From a virus: a DNA stretch of 64,000 nucleotides. Within the stretch, counting starts at the first letter, position 1. The number at the start of each line of letters is the position of its first letter. The position numbers were made by a program, and so were the translations under genes. This document shows positions 1 through 9,420 of the stretch, piece by piece. The stretch spans positions 26,510 to 90,509 of IMG/VR virus record IMGVR_UViG_3300032322_001315; one strand, 5' to 3'. The notes under the pieces are model-generated. The model was not told the origin of the DNA. It made no database searches and worked only from the letters and a program-made list of their open reading frames with translations.

Positions 1-258
1 TGCTGCTTCTATGTTTGTACCAGGAAATGCTCTCTTTGCGTGTTTTACTTTTTGCTCTGCGCCTAATGGATTTTTTGTGCTATCTTGAGAATGAGATAGA
101 ACAATATGATGTGGAGCATTATTCTTATCTGCTATTTCTTTAACTTTATTAACTAGTTTTTCGTGTCCTGAAGTTGGAGGATTCATGCGACCAAACGCAA
201 GCACCACAGGCTTCAAATCGTGGTCTTTTTCTTCAGAAATCTGTAAAAATCTTTTCAT
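1..258 (-). CDS. HIGH-superfamily nucleotidyltransferase (phage 'cytidyltransferase', NMNAT-like); 5' part only, truncated by window edge
   Basis: Manual translation from ATG at 258: MKRFLQISEEKDHDLKPVVLAFGRMNPPTSGHEKLV...SHSQDSTKNPL. Carries the FGRxNPPTxGH motif; ATGA overlap with the upstream stop. Not in the ORF track. Confidence 0.85.
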   Translation of the reverse strand, partial: MKRFLQISEEKDHDLKPVVLAFGRMNPPTSGHEKLVNKVKEIADKNNAPHHIVLSHSQDSTKNPLGAEQKVKHAKRAFPGTNIEAA

Positions 259-1430
259 CTAGGTCTACCTAACAAGTTTCTTCTGCTAAATTCGTGTCTA
301 TGTATTAATTTATCTGATTCACCATTGTGATGAAATACATAACCTTCTGGATTTGCTTCTGTTCCGTTATGATGTTGCTCAAATTCTTGATGTTGATTTA
401 ATGCTCTAACTAGAACATTTTTTGCTTGTTGTAAATGATGATGTAATTTGAATAGGTTATTATAATGTTCAGAATGTGCATCTATATGATAAAGATTGTC
501 TTGTAATTCTTGTTTCTTTTTGTTTTTATTTTTATCTGTTTTTAATTTTTCAATATCGTTATTATATTTTTGCTCTATATATTTCGATAATCCTTTATGG
601 TCTGGAGTCGCACCAGTTCTTACTGTTTGATTGATATATGTCTCCAAATGACCACCTGCTCCTGCATGTCTTTGCGTAGCATCATACATTGCATTTCCAT
701 CTTTGTCATGTATTTGTTGTGCGGCATCTAAATGTTGTTTGAACTCTTTTTTGTCTTTATTTGATAGAGTTACTTTTGATGCATCAACTCTTGGGTCTAT
801 TTGAAATACATCTTTATGCTGTTTGAAATTTTCATGGTCGACACCATGATGAGCATTTAGATTTGTTGGATCAGTACCATGATAAGTTAGATGTGTAACT
901 AATCCAATTTGTGAATTTCTTATTTTACCAGCATTCTCTCCTTTTGCTGTGTAACGTAGACCTGAAGGATTTGGATGAAATGAAACTCCTTTATCGTGGT
1001 CATCTAAATCGTCTTTTGTATACATCAAGTCGCCTTGATATACACCTTTCTTAGGAGCAACTTTAGGTAAATGCTTCAATGCTGATTTTAATTTTTCTGC
1101 AAGACCAGGAGCATGACCATGATTAACATCAATATCTGCTTCGGTATAATTTATTTTTGGTTTTTTGTTAAATGCAGATTTACTAGCAACAAAGAATTTA
1201 CCAGTTACTGGATGATGACCATATACTATCGCAGGAGAACCATCATACTTTGTTGTTAATTGAGATGAATGATTTCCAGATTCAATATGGTCATGTGCTG
1301 CTTGCAATGCAGATATGGCGTGTTCAGCACCTTTATGACCTGACTGTAGAGGTCTATCTTCTAGATGCGTGAGATGAGTTATTTGTTTTGCTTCCTGTTC
1401 TTCACGCAGGAATTTTTTAAATCCAAACAT
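255..1430 (-). CDS. DUF6267-like conserved T4-like phage protein with ATP-dependent ligase-type motifs
   Basis: THLTHLED N-terminus; KYDGSPA (motif I KxDG), YQGDLMY, PEGYV and terminal K motifs; His-rich. Confidence 0.65.
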   Translation of the reverse strand: MFGFKKFLREEQEAKQITHLTHLEDRPLQSGHKGAEHAISALQAAHDHIESGNHSSQLTTKYDGSPAIVYGHHPVTGKFFVASKSAFNKKPKINYTEADIDVNHGHAPGLAEKLKSALKHLPKVAPKKGVYQGDLMYTKDDLDDHDKGVSFHPNPSGLRYTAKGENAGKIRNSQIGLVTHLTYHGTDPTNLNAHHGVDHENFKQHKDVFQIDPRVDASKVTLSNKDKKEFKQHLDAAQQIHDKDGNAMYDATQRHAGAGGHLETYINQTVRTGATPDHKGLSKYIEQKYNNDIEKLKTDKNKNKKKQELQDNLYHIDAHSEHYNNLFKLHHHLQQAKNVLVRALNQHQEFEQHHNGTEANPEGYVFHHNGESDKLIHRHEFSRRNLLGRPR

Positions 1431-1470
1431 ATAATATCAACACTCTGTGGTTGGGGAGAAGTTTGCTTAT

Positions 1471-1478
1471 TATTTATG
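1471..1478 (-). promoter_or_regulatory. gp55-type late promoter variant (CATAAATA)
   Basis: One mismatch from T4 TATAAATA, about 40 nt upstream of the 1430 start. Confidence 0.55.
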
Positions 1479-2292
1479 TATCTAATAATATGTCTATAAC
1501 ATCATAGATATCATATTGTATTCTAAATCCTAATTTTCTCAATTTCTCTATGTCTAATACCATGTTCTTTGTTTGAACAATTTTATGAAAATCTGCTGGA
1601 GGAATAAATGTGATATTTGAAGATGACTTGCATTCTTGATGTGTGTATCTTATAGCATCTTTTATTTTGGTTGGAATACCAGAACCTACATTATATATTT
1701 CATTTAGATTACCTTTTTCTAATACCATATTGATTGCTTTTGCAGCATCGTCAACATAAAGATAATCACGATATACTTCGCCACCATCATATAATGCAAC
1801 ATCTTCATTGTTTTTGATTTGCTCAATCATATACTGTAAAGCATTTTTCTTCTTAGAAACTTTAGTGTCTTGTTTACCTAAAATATTAGATAATCTGATA
1901 ATTCTATACTTTATATTGAAAGTTTCACAATACGAGATTAGAAGTTGTTCTGCTGCCCGTTTGGTGATGCTATAGAATCCTTTAGGATCACAATAATCAT
2001 CTTCCTTTGCAGGCAGAGGAACGTCTCCATAAACAAACCAAGAACTGATAAAATTAAATGTTACATCTTTTCCTTTACAAGATTCTAATGTTTTAATAAG
2101 GGTTGTGAGATTTGTGTCAATATCAAGATATGGGTTTGTATGTACATTATAATTATCGACAGTTGAGATAAAATATAGAACATTGTTTGTTTTGACCTCA
2201 TAATCATTCCTTTCGTTGATAATTACATTAGGATACAATTCACAGTATCTTCCTCCTACAAATCCTTTTCCCAATACATTTACTGTTTCCAT
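1474..2292 (-). CDS. NAD-dependent sugar epimerase/dehydratase/reductase (extended SDR)
   Basis: GKGFVG Rossmann motif, ISSWFVYG, YSITK (YxxxK), RDYLYVDD. Confidence 0.85.
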   Translation of the reverse strand: METVNVLGKGFVGGRYCELYPNVIINERNDYEVKTNNVLYFISTVDNYNVHTNPYLDIDTNLTTLIKTLESCKGKDVTFNFISSWFVYGDVPLPAKEDDYCDPKGFYSITKRAAEQLLISYCETFNIKYRIIRLSNILGKQDTKVSKKKNALQYMIEQIKNNEDVALYDGGEVYRDYLYVDDAAKAINMVLEKGNLNEIYNVGSGIPTKIKDAIRYTHQECKSSSNITFIPPADFHKIVQTKNMVLDIEKLRKLGFRIQYDIYDVIDILLDT

Positions 2293-3563
2293 TGCTTAAA
2301 CACCTTTTCAATATACGAAAGAACCTTATCGTTATAAAGAGGAGAACAACCAATAAAAAATACGTTACTCAATGCGAGATTTGAATTTGGATATTTTTCA
2401 TGATTATCCAAATGTTTGAATCCAGGATGCAATAAAATATTTCCTGCAAAATAGTTTCTTGTTTGAATTTTATTATTCTCAAGATACTGAACTAGTTTTT
2501 CTTTAAGTTCTTGAGTTTCGCAATATACAGGAACACCAAACCAAGAAGGATCCGCACCTTCTGTATTAGGAATAACTCTCGCACCAGGAACGTTAGTCTC
2601 AATGTATGAATGAATGATGTTCTTATATTCTCTTCGTTTGCTTTCCAGCATATCGAATTTCTTCAATTGTTCAAGACCAATGGCGCCTTGCAAATCAAGA
2701 GGTTTTAGATTGTATCCGATATTTGTAAAGACATACTTGTGGTCAATCGTTCCATTATAATCTGCTAACCATTGGTCAAATCTGTTACCGCAAGTGCCGC
2801 ATTGCAGAAGGTTATTTGCTCCAATGCAATAGCAGTCTCTACCCCACCAAGAAATGCTTCTTGCTTCTTTCATGAAGTTTTCATCATTGCTGCAAACCAT
2901 ACCGCCTTCTCCAGTAGAAATATGGTGTGCTGGATAGAAAGAAGTTGTCCATGCATAATACAAGTCGGTAATCTGTTCTCCTTTCCACAGAGTTCCTAGA
3001 GAATCGCAGTTGTCTCCAAGGAGAACCAAATTATGCTTCTTGCAAATCTCTACAATCTTATCCATATCTGGAGGATTGCCAAGAACGGGAGAAACGAAAA
3101 TTGCTTTTGTTCTGAAGTTAATATTCTTTTCAATCAAATCAACATCAAAATTCAAAGAGTTCAACTCGATATCGATGAATACTGGTCTGAGTCCGTTTTG
3201 TACAATAGGTGCAATTGTAGTGGGAAAACCTACTGGAGAAACAATAATTTCATCATCATCTCTCCAACCAAATACCTTCTTCGCAGCAGTTACCAATACG
3301 AGATTAGCAGAACTACCAGAATTTACCATGTGAGAATGTTTCACATTAAAACGTCTGCTAAACATTTGTTGAAATCTTGCTACCTTATCGCCTGCTGTAA
3401 TCCAAGAACCGTTAAGCAATGTATCAAGAGCAGCATACATCTCCTTTTCGTCCCAGAGTTGTCCAGAGTATTGTACAAAATCTCCTTCTTGATAGTTGTC
3501 ATAATTTTTGACATACTTTGGTTGTAGTTTTGAGAGAGATTCAATCATTTCTTTTGTGTTCAT
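2280..3563 (-). CDS. rfbH: CDP-4-keto-6-deoxyglucose 3-dehydrase (RfbH/DdhC, DegT/DnrJ superfamily)
   Basis: VNSGSSANL, DNCDSLG, SFYPAHHISTGEGG (His at the usual PLP-Lys position), WGRDCYC...CGTCG Fe-S cysteine motif. Confidence 0.8.
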   Translation of the reverse strand: MNTKEMIESLSKLQPKYVKNYDNYQEGDFVQYSGQLWDEKEMYAALDTLLNGSWITAGDKVARFQQMFSRRFNVKHSHMVNSGSSANLVLVTAAKKVFGWRDDDEIIVSPVGFPTTIAPIVQNGLRPVFIDIELNSLNFDVDLIEKNINFRTKAIFVSPVLGNPPDMDKIVEICKKHNLVLLGDNCDSLGTLWKGEQITDLYYAWTTSFYPAHHISTGEGGMVCSNDENFMKEARSISWWGRDCYCIGANNLLQCGTCGNRFDQWLADYNGTIDHKYVFTNIGYNLKPLDLQGAIGLEQLKKFDMLESKRREYKNIIHSYIETNVPGARVIPNTEGADPSWFGVPVYCETQELKEKLVQYLENNKIQTRNYFAGNILLHPGFKHLDNHEKYPNSNLALSNVFFIGCSPLYNDKVLSYIEKVFKQWKQ

Positions 3564-4231
3564 ATTTCAACTCCATAATGTGTAGCAATTCCGTGTTTAC
3601 CGTGAAAACCTAAACTCTTTCCTAACCAAGGAGAACTCATATTGTGTTCTATGCTGAACTTATCTGCAATTTCTCCTTCGGCGAATCTTATTCCATATTT
3701 GTTTTGCAACTGTTCTCTATATATTTTGCATATGATATTGTCTTCAGGAATAACTTTATCTCCAAAACTATCATACACATAGTATTCATAATTGTTGATT
3801 ATTTCTTCAGAATAATCTGATGATTTATACTTTACATCCAAATCTAAAAGAGAGTCATATAACTTTCTGCTTCTCAAACAAAAACCACCATTACCTACCA
3901 TTCCGTTATTCCATCTTGCTCCAATATAATCGTAAGACAGAAATTCATCATCCCATGCATTTTTATTTACTGCAAATCCATCGGAGTGAATAATTATATT
4001 ATAATCTTCTGTTGAAATGTGAGGCAATAACTTTAATGTTATGTAATTGTACTCATCAGTATATCTCTTAAAACGATTTATTTTAATCCACTTAGTATTT
4101 TCTAATGGAATATCACTAAACCAATAAATCGTAGTAACAGGAAAAGGAAGAGTATCTAAAGTTTTTTCTAATGCTTTAATTGTCGGTTTATAGTTTAAAG
4201 CATCTATACAAGTTATACTAAATGTTTTCAT
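3560..4231 (-). CDS. DUF5672-like glycosyltransferase-associated protein
   Basis: YDYIGARW...VGNGGFCLRS, EDNIIC and GFHG motifs. Confidence 0.7.
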   Translation of the reverse strand: MKTFSITCIDALNYKPTIKALEKTLDTLPFPVTTIYWFSDIPLENTKWIKINRFKRYTDEYNYITLKLLPHISTEDYNIIIHSDGFAVNKNAWDDEFLSYDYIGARWNNGMVGNGGFCLRSRKLYDSLLDLDVKYKSSDYSEEIINNYEYYVYDSFGDKVIPEDNIICKIYREQLQNKYGIRFAEGEIADKFSIEHNMSSPWLGKSLGFHGKHGIATHYGVEI

Positions 4232-4872
4232 TGAAAATTATAATTATCCACTATTCTGCCACCATGGTGGCAGTATTGATTTATTTTATATCCTAAGAAA
4301 TCTTGATAATCGTTTGTGATATGTACATGTTCAAGTAGTTCTTTATCTCTAACAGATTCATACCAAACATACTCTAAATCTTTTTCGCATCTGTACAATT
4401 CTTCTAGTGAAAGTGTTTCTAAGAAAAAATCTGTTTCACAAAAATACATATGTGTTCCTAAAGTGTATGGAGACCCCCAAGGACCAGTTACTGCTTTTTT
4501 ACCAATTTCTTTACACTTTTCTATTAGACCAAGGTAATCTAAATCTGGCTGATTATCATAAGATACTTTTAGAAAGTCTTTTATTCCCAATCTCTTCAAT
4601 TGCGAAACAGCATTGTTGACTGACGTTAATTCTGCGACTCCGTGATTGTTTTGTCTCGAAGGAACTCCATCAAAAGAGAAACGATTATCTTTATCGTAAA
4701 TGAACATATCGCAATAATTTTGCGTTTCAATATCGATAGTAGAATGTGAAGATAGACAGATATAAAAAGGAAAGTTTCTAAGATTTTTGCATAGAATCTT
4801 AGTCATGTTTCTTTTTGCGTCTGAAGAAGGTTCTCCGCAGTATGAGGTGACTACAACAGCAGTATCAAACAT
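4228..4872 (-). CDS. hypothetical protein, possibly GT-A-like
   Basis: Start reassigned to ATG 4872 (MFDTAVVV), which overlaps the upstream stop; sits in the sugar operon; NHGVAE and KVSYD motifs. Confidence 0.55.
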   Translation of the reverse strand: MFDTAVVVTSYCGEPSSDAKRNMTKILCKNLRNFPFYICLSSHSTIDIETQNYCDMFIYDKDNRFSFDGVPSRQNNHGVAELTSVNNAVSQLKRLGIKDFLKVSYDNQPDLDYLGLIEKCKEIGKKAVTGPWGSPYTLGTHMYFCETDFFLETLSLEELYRCEKDLEYVWYESVRDKELLEHVHITNDYQDFLGYKINQYCHHGGRIVDNYNFQ

Positions 4873-5575
4873 CGGTTCTATACACAAAAGTTTGTTCAAT
4901 GTCGGTTCTATAATTTTCAGGAGGAAGATACCATCTATTATCTTCTCCAGGATGCATATCATACCACTTTGGATTACCACTACCATGCCAACATTCTAAG
5001 TCAAATCGATGATGCGGCTGACCTTCAAATTGTGGTTTAAAATTGTTTTCTTCTGGGGTCTTTAATCTTTTACATTTTCTCAGATAAGATGCTTTCGCCC
5101 AAAAGAAATTTCCTGCGTAAAAAGGATATGGTGGATTATTTAGGTATGCTGCACCACAAGTATCATACCCCTCATCAAGTTTTTCTACGCATTCTTTCCA
5201 CTTTTCGATATTCCAATATTGCATGTACTTTCGCCAATTTTGATGACCACCAGGACCGTGACTTGCTCCTTTATGTGTCATGAAACACACATAGAATTCA
5301 TCGTTGGTGTTATGACAATATTCTTGGAGAAAATGAACAGAAGTTGCTTCGTACCAAGGTTGATACTTTCGGTCATAGTGAAAGAAATTTACATTTTGTT
5401 TGTCTTTCCATCTATCTTCTAACCAAATATAATTGTCTGCGTCATAATGAGTAAATAAATTTACTGCATCTGCCGCATCTAGTAGTCCTGTATTTTCAAG
5501 TAATTCGGTTTGCTCTTTTGTTATGTCTTTACCGCAACCTATGTCCACAAGATGACTAAAAATTTCAATTCTCAT
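4865..5575 (-). CDS. putative glycosyltransferase-like protein
   Basis: YEATS, THKG, WRKYMQYW and YAGNFFWAKASYL motifs resembling rhamnan-synthesis-like proteins; ATGA overlap at 5572-5575. Confidence 0.55.
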   Translation of the reverse strand: MRIEIFSHLVDIGCGKDITKEQTELLENTGLLDAADAVNLFTHYDADNYIWLEDRWKDKQNVNFFHYDRKYQPWYEATSVHFLQEYCHNTNDEFYVCFMTHKGASHGPGGHQNWRKYMQYWNIEKWKECVEKLDEGYDTCGAAYLNNPPYPFYAGNFFWAKASYLRKCKRLKTPEENNFKPQFEGQPHHRFDLECWHGSGNPKWYDMHPGEDNRWYLPPENYRTDIEQTFVYRTDV

Positions 5576-6282
5576 AGCAAATCTGTTCTCCAATAATTAT
5601 TCCAAAATAAATTGATACAACCTCTTCCCTGTAACGCATAGAATGGAGTAGTATGTAGAAGTCCTACAGAACCATAATAATAGTTCCTTTTGAATCTTTG
5701 TCTATTGATAACCGATGCAAAGTGAGACATACCAGTATCGCCACCTACATAATGACTGCAATCTGTTATGTGATTTACATTATCAATGAAGTCTGTAGAA
5801 TACTTAAAGTTCTTTAATACTAAACCTTCCTTCTCTGCATTAATGCAAATATATTTTTCATAATCATCATATGCAGGGTCACTATAAACTTCTATAAAGT
5901 CATTGGTCATTTCGACAGACCAATTTCTATATGTATTATATGGTCCATCAAACAAAGGAAAGATACAAATTTTATTTTTTGTTTCTTTTTTGAAATCTAG
6001 ATTCAGAACATCACCAGTAATCGACCTAAAATCCCACAGATTTATATTTGAAATACTTAAACTTTTCTCTCCTGGTTCTTTTGAGATGTAACCCGTATTC
6101 TCTGTTAACCAGTCTCTAAATTTGATACAGTATTCTGATGATTGAATTGACTCATTAGGAATATAAAATTTATATTCTTGATTATCTTTCTTTCTAAGAA
6201 ACTCGCAAAAATTCAGAGATGCAATAATATCTCCGTTTCTCATCGGACCACCAAAGTGGTGGGGGTCAATATTAATAATCAT
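5572..6282 (-). CDS. GT9 (heptosyltransferase)-like GT-B glycosyltransferase
   Basis: N-terminal RNGDII; C-terminal YVGGDTGMSHFA resembling GT9 DSGxxHxA. Confidence 0.55.
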   Translation of the reverse strand: MIINIDPHHFGGPMRNGDIIASLNFCEFLRKKDNQEYKFYIPNESIQSSEYCIKFRDWLTENTGYISKEPGEKSLSISNINLWDFRSITGDVLNLDFKKETKNKICIFPLFDGPYNTYRNWSVEMTNDFIEVYSDPAYDDYEKYICINAEKEGLVLKNFKYSTDFIDNVNHITDCSHYVGGDTGMSHFASVINRQRFKRNYYYGSVGLLHTTPFYALQGRGCINLFWNNYWRTDLL

Positions 6283-6997
6283 TGATATTTACTAACTTTG
6301 AATTTCTGTTTTGATAATAGTGAAGTTTAAAATCATGTTCAACTCCCCAACCTTGCCAATTACGCATATCTTCATCCCAAAGAACAACCGTTTCTTTGTA
6401 CATCAAATCCGCAACTATTCCTATACCCGTAAATGTTGTTATGAATGGGGCGTGACTGTACCTAATCAAATTACAATTATACATCAAATCCTTAGTATAG
6501 TCAAGATAGTGACTCTTACTTTCATCAATTACACCAGAGTCTTTTATCAAGTTAGACTTTCTTCTGGTATCAACATCGGGGGCATCATTAGGTGACCATC
6601 TATCTCCGATTATTGTTTTATCTGCAACGTCTAAATTTAAATTTTCTATCTTCAAAACAAAATCATTATCTATTTCATAATTTATACGATAGTTATCTAC
6701 AATAAAATTATGAAATCTTTTTACGCAGATTGGAGAATTATTATCTCCTTTTTCATTTCCCACATCATCTACAATAATATATCTATCTGATGGTTGGGTT
6801 ATTTCATGCATGAATTTAACTTCTTCAAACATATCTTGATACTGTAATAGTTCTTTTATTCCTTTAAATCTTTCAAGTCTATTACATATACCAAATAATA
6901 ATTTTTCTCCGGTTTTTTTATAAAGTCCTGATAATGTAGGAAGACAATGCATGAAGTCTCCTAGGTTATGAATTCTTGGTGAATATAATGTAATCAT
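6272..6997 (-). CDS. GT9-like glycosyltransferase
   Basis: HNLGDFMHCLPTL resembles GT9 xLGDxxhxxP; FITTFTGIGIVA. Confidence 0.5.
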   Translation of the reverse strand: MITLYSPRIHNLGDFMHCLPTLSGLYKKTGEKLLFGICNRLERFKGIKELLQYQDMFEEVKFMHEITQPSDRYIIVDDVGNEKGDNNSPICVKRFHNFIVDNYRINYEIDNDFVLKIENLNLDVADKTIIGDRWSPNDAPDVDTRRKSNLIKDSGVIDESKSHYLDYTKDLMYNCNLIRYSHAPFITTFTGIGIVADLMYKETVVLWDEDMRNWQGWGVEHDFKLHYYQNRNSKLVNINDY

Positions 6998-7815
6998 ATT
7001 TGTTCGTTATATTTTCTAAAAATTAAAAACCAATCATTAGGATTAGCAGGATGCAATTGAAAATCTCCAGGACTTGTCAGTAATGCCATCAGCAACAATG
7101 TTTGGTCATCATCAATAAGTTTGTTTTTAATCAATAGATTAAGATTGTTAATTACCAAATCTTTAAGAGTATTCCATTTTTCTTTCCCAGCAACAATATG
7201 ACAACCTTGAATATAAACGTCACCAGTATAGATTATATCATTGATAGGTCTATTGTCAATTGCACGTTGGCAGAAGAAATGAATTTTTTCTCTGTCAAAA
7301 TCGTATGTCCATTTGTTCGATGATGGTATAGTATTGTCATCACGAACATAACCAAAATCAATCCATGCAACTTGGTCATTTGTAACCAGACCTTTGTCTA
7401 TTGCATCTGTAACATAAACTGATTTGGAGATATTGACGAGAACATAATCATCATGCCAATATTCAATCAATTGGGGATTAATAACCTTACTATAATACTC
7501 AGGTGAATCCATAATGTTTCTGATTTTTTGTTTCGTCTCAACAAAATTTTCAGGAAGATACGATTCCCACACAACTACTTTTGTTTTATCTTCAAGTCCG
7601 TTTTGCTTTCTAATTTCAATAACTCTGTCTTTGAAGTTCGGAGTAGTATAGATTATCATTTCATTTTGAATCTTTGCGAGTTTGCTAAAGAAATCAAAAT
7701 AAGTATCAACACTTCTATGTTGATAATGTGGCAATACTCTTCCGTGTTTTGTTTGTGGTAGATTACCTCTACCTATATCAAAAAATGCTGTTACAATTGT
7801 AATATCATTCTGCAT
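6994..7815 (-). CDS. HtrL/YibB (WlaTC) family glycosyltransferase-like protein
   Basis: DITIVTAFFDIGRG, AWIDFG and DDDQTLL motifs. Confidence 0.8.
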   Translation of the reverse strand: MQNDITIVTAFFDIGRGNLPQTKHGRVLPHYQHRSVDTYFDFFSKLAKIQNEMIIYTTPNFKDRVIEIRKQNGLEDKTKVVVWESYLPENFVETKQKIRNIMDSPEYYSKVINPQLIEYWHDDYVLVNISKSVYVTDAIDKGLVTNDQVAWIDFGYVRDDNTIPSSNKWTYDFDREKIHFFCQRAIDNRPINDIIYTGDVYIQGCHIVAGKEKWNTLKDLVINNLNLLIKNKLIDDDQTLLLMALLTSPGDFQLHPANPNDWFLIFRKYNEQI

Positions 7816-8656
7816 ACTTTGCCTCAATCTTTGCTTTCCATTCTGGAACTCTATTGTATTGGTGAACTAGAACATACTTTTCACCTTTGCTATTATATAC
7901 ATATTCACCATCAAACCTTGGTTCTGGACTTAGTAGATTTGGTCTGAATCTATCAATCTTATTTGGGTCTACTGTTGTTCCACATTGACATGCCCAATTG
8001 GTGTCGTGGTCATTAAACTTTGTAATAGAGTTGTATGGCTCTAATGCGAGAGTTAAATTGACTCCTGCTTGGTCTGGAGTAGGATTATTAATGTGTTGTA
8101 TCTTCAAAAATACATCTAAAGAATAATCAACAAATGTCTTATGTTCTCCTGCCATGGATCCTGCATTATAAATCGGTCTGTCTTTCATGAAATCGTGAAT
8201 CACAGGACCATAACAATGCATCATATTTTCATTTCCCCAATCTTCATCTTTATATTTCAGACCTTCGCACCCATAATTTAACTTCTTATTTCCGAGATTC
8301 TTTTCTAACCATTCAGAAGGATTACTTTGAAAAATAACGTCAACGTCAGTAGAAATGACATACCGAATATCTTTAAGTCCTTTTAAAAACAACCAGTAAA
8401 AATAGTGTCTTGTTGCAGGAACTTGAAAAGTAAAATTTTCAGCAAAGAGATATCCGTTATCTTCTTTATTTCTTTGAGTTGAGGTTTGAAAAATTTCAAA
8501 ACCTTCGTTCTTTAATTTTTGAATGGTATCATCAAGGACATTATGTACAATAATTCCTTTTCTTCCTTTGTATCCGCATCTGCGTAGGGAATTGACCCAA
8601 GGTTTGATTTTATCAAAAGTATATTCTGAAATTGCACTAATAACTAAATCTTGCAT
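7805..8656 (-). CDS. GT-A fold nucleotide-diphospho-sugar transferase
   Basis: STDVDVIFQSNP (DxD), YNAG, DQAGVN, VHQYNR. Confidence 0.75.
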   Translation of the reverse strand: MQDLVISAISEYTFDKIKPWVNSLRRCGYKGRKGIIVHNVLDDTIQKLKNEGFEIFQTSTQRNKEDNGYLFAENFTFQVPATRHYFYWLFLKGLKDIRYVISTDVDVIFQSNPSEWLEKNLGNKKLNYGCEGLKYKDEDWGNENMMHCYGPVIHDFMKDRPIYNAGSMAGEHKTFVDYSLDVFLKIQHINNPTPDQAGVNLTLALEPYNSITKFNDHDTNWACQCGTTVDPNKIDRFRPNLLSPEPRFDGEYVYNSKGEKYVLVHQYNRVPEWKAKIEAKYAE

Positions 8657-9420
8657 AATTTTTTTCCTAATTCAATAAAAGTTTTTTCATAATCTGAGAA
8701 GGTATAATCTAAATTCAATACTTTTAATAATTTAGTATTATCCATAACAAATTGTCTATCGACAGGACCGGATGATTTAAACTTACCACCATATCTGTAT
8801 CCTGAGATTAAATTTCTTGCTACCTTTCCTATTTCTAAACCATAATTTGAACTTAAATTATATATTCCGGTGATTCTGTGTTTTCCTGCTTCTTCTATTA
8901 GGTATGCAGAATCTTTTACAAAAATAAAATCTCTTTTTGTTTTTTCTGAAATGGTATATACAATCTTACCTTCATTCACCAATTGAGTCATACAGTACCC
9001 AACGAAAGAGTTTCTTCCATATTCAAATCCAAATATATTAGAACCTCTAAGTACCACCACGTTATTGAAATTTTCTAATAGTTTAGTTTCACTCTTTAAT
9101 TTATTTTCACTATAATAATCAAAAGGATTTAGTTGTGAGTTCTCATCGTATGTTTTAAGTTCATTATTGTTACCATAAACTTTACTTGTAGACAACATCA
9201 CATAGTGACATTTACTTTCGTATGCTTTTTTTCCTATCTCAAAATCTATGTCGATGGTTTCATCATATTTAACTATTTTAAATTCTGGATGCAATGCACA
9301 GTTTATTATGATATCGTATTGTGAAAAATTTATGTCTTTAGATTCATTATAAGAAACTTTATCGCAATTTATGTTTTGTCCTATAAAACTATTTTTTCCT
9401 ACTAATAAGATTTTCTCCAC
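8644..9420 (-). CDS. NAD-dependent epimerase/reductase (SDR)
   Basis: GKNSFIG, STSKVYG, YSENK, RDFIFVKD. Confidence 0.8.
   Translation of the reverse strand: MEKILLVGKNSFIGQNINCDKVSYNESKDINFSQYDIIINCALHPEFKIVKYDETIDIDFEIGKKAYESKCHYVMLSTSKVYGNNNELKTYDENSQLNPFDYYSENKLKSETKLLENFNNVVVLRGSNIFGFEYGRNSFVGYCMTQLVNEGKIVYTISEKTKRDFIFVKDSAYLIEEAGKHRITGIYNLSSNYGLEIGKVARNLISGYRYGGKFKSSGPVDRQFVMDNTKLLKVLNLDYTFSDYEKTFIELGKKLCKI

Noticed and set aside
1431-1470. Small CAAC...GTTG hairpin in the leader of the DUF6267-like gene as a regulatory RNA
   Set aside because: The stem is too short to support without comparative data.
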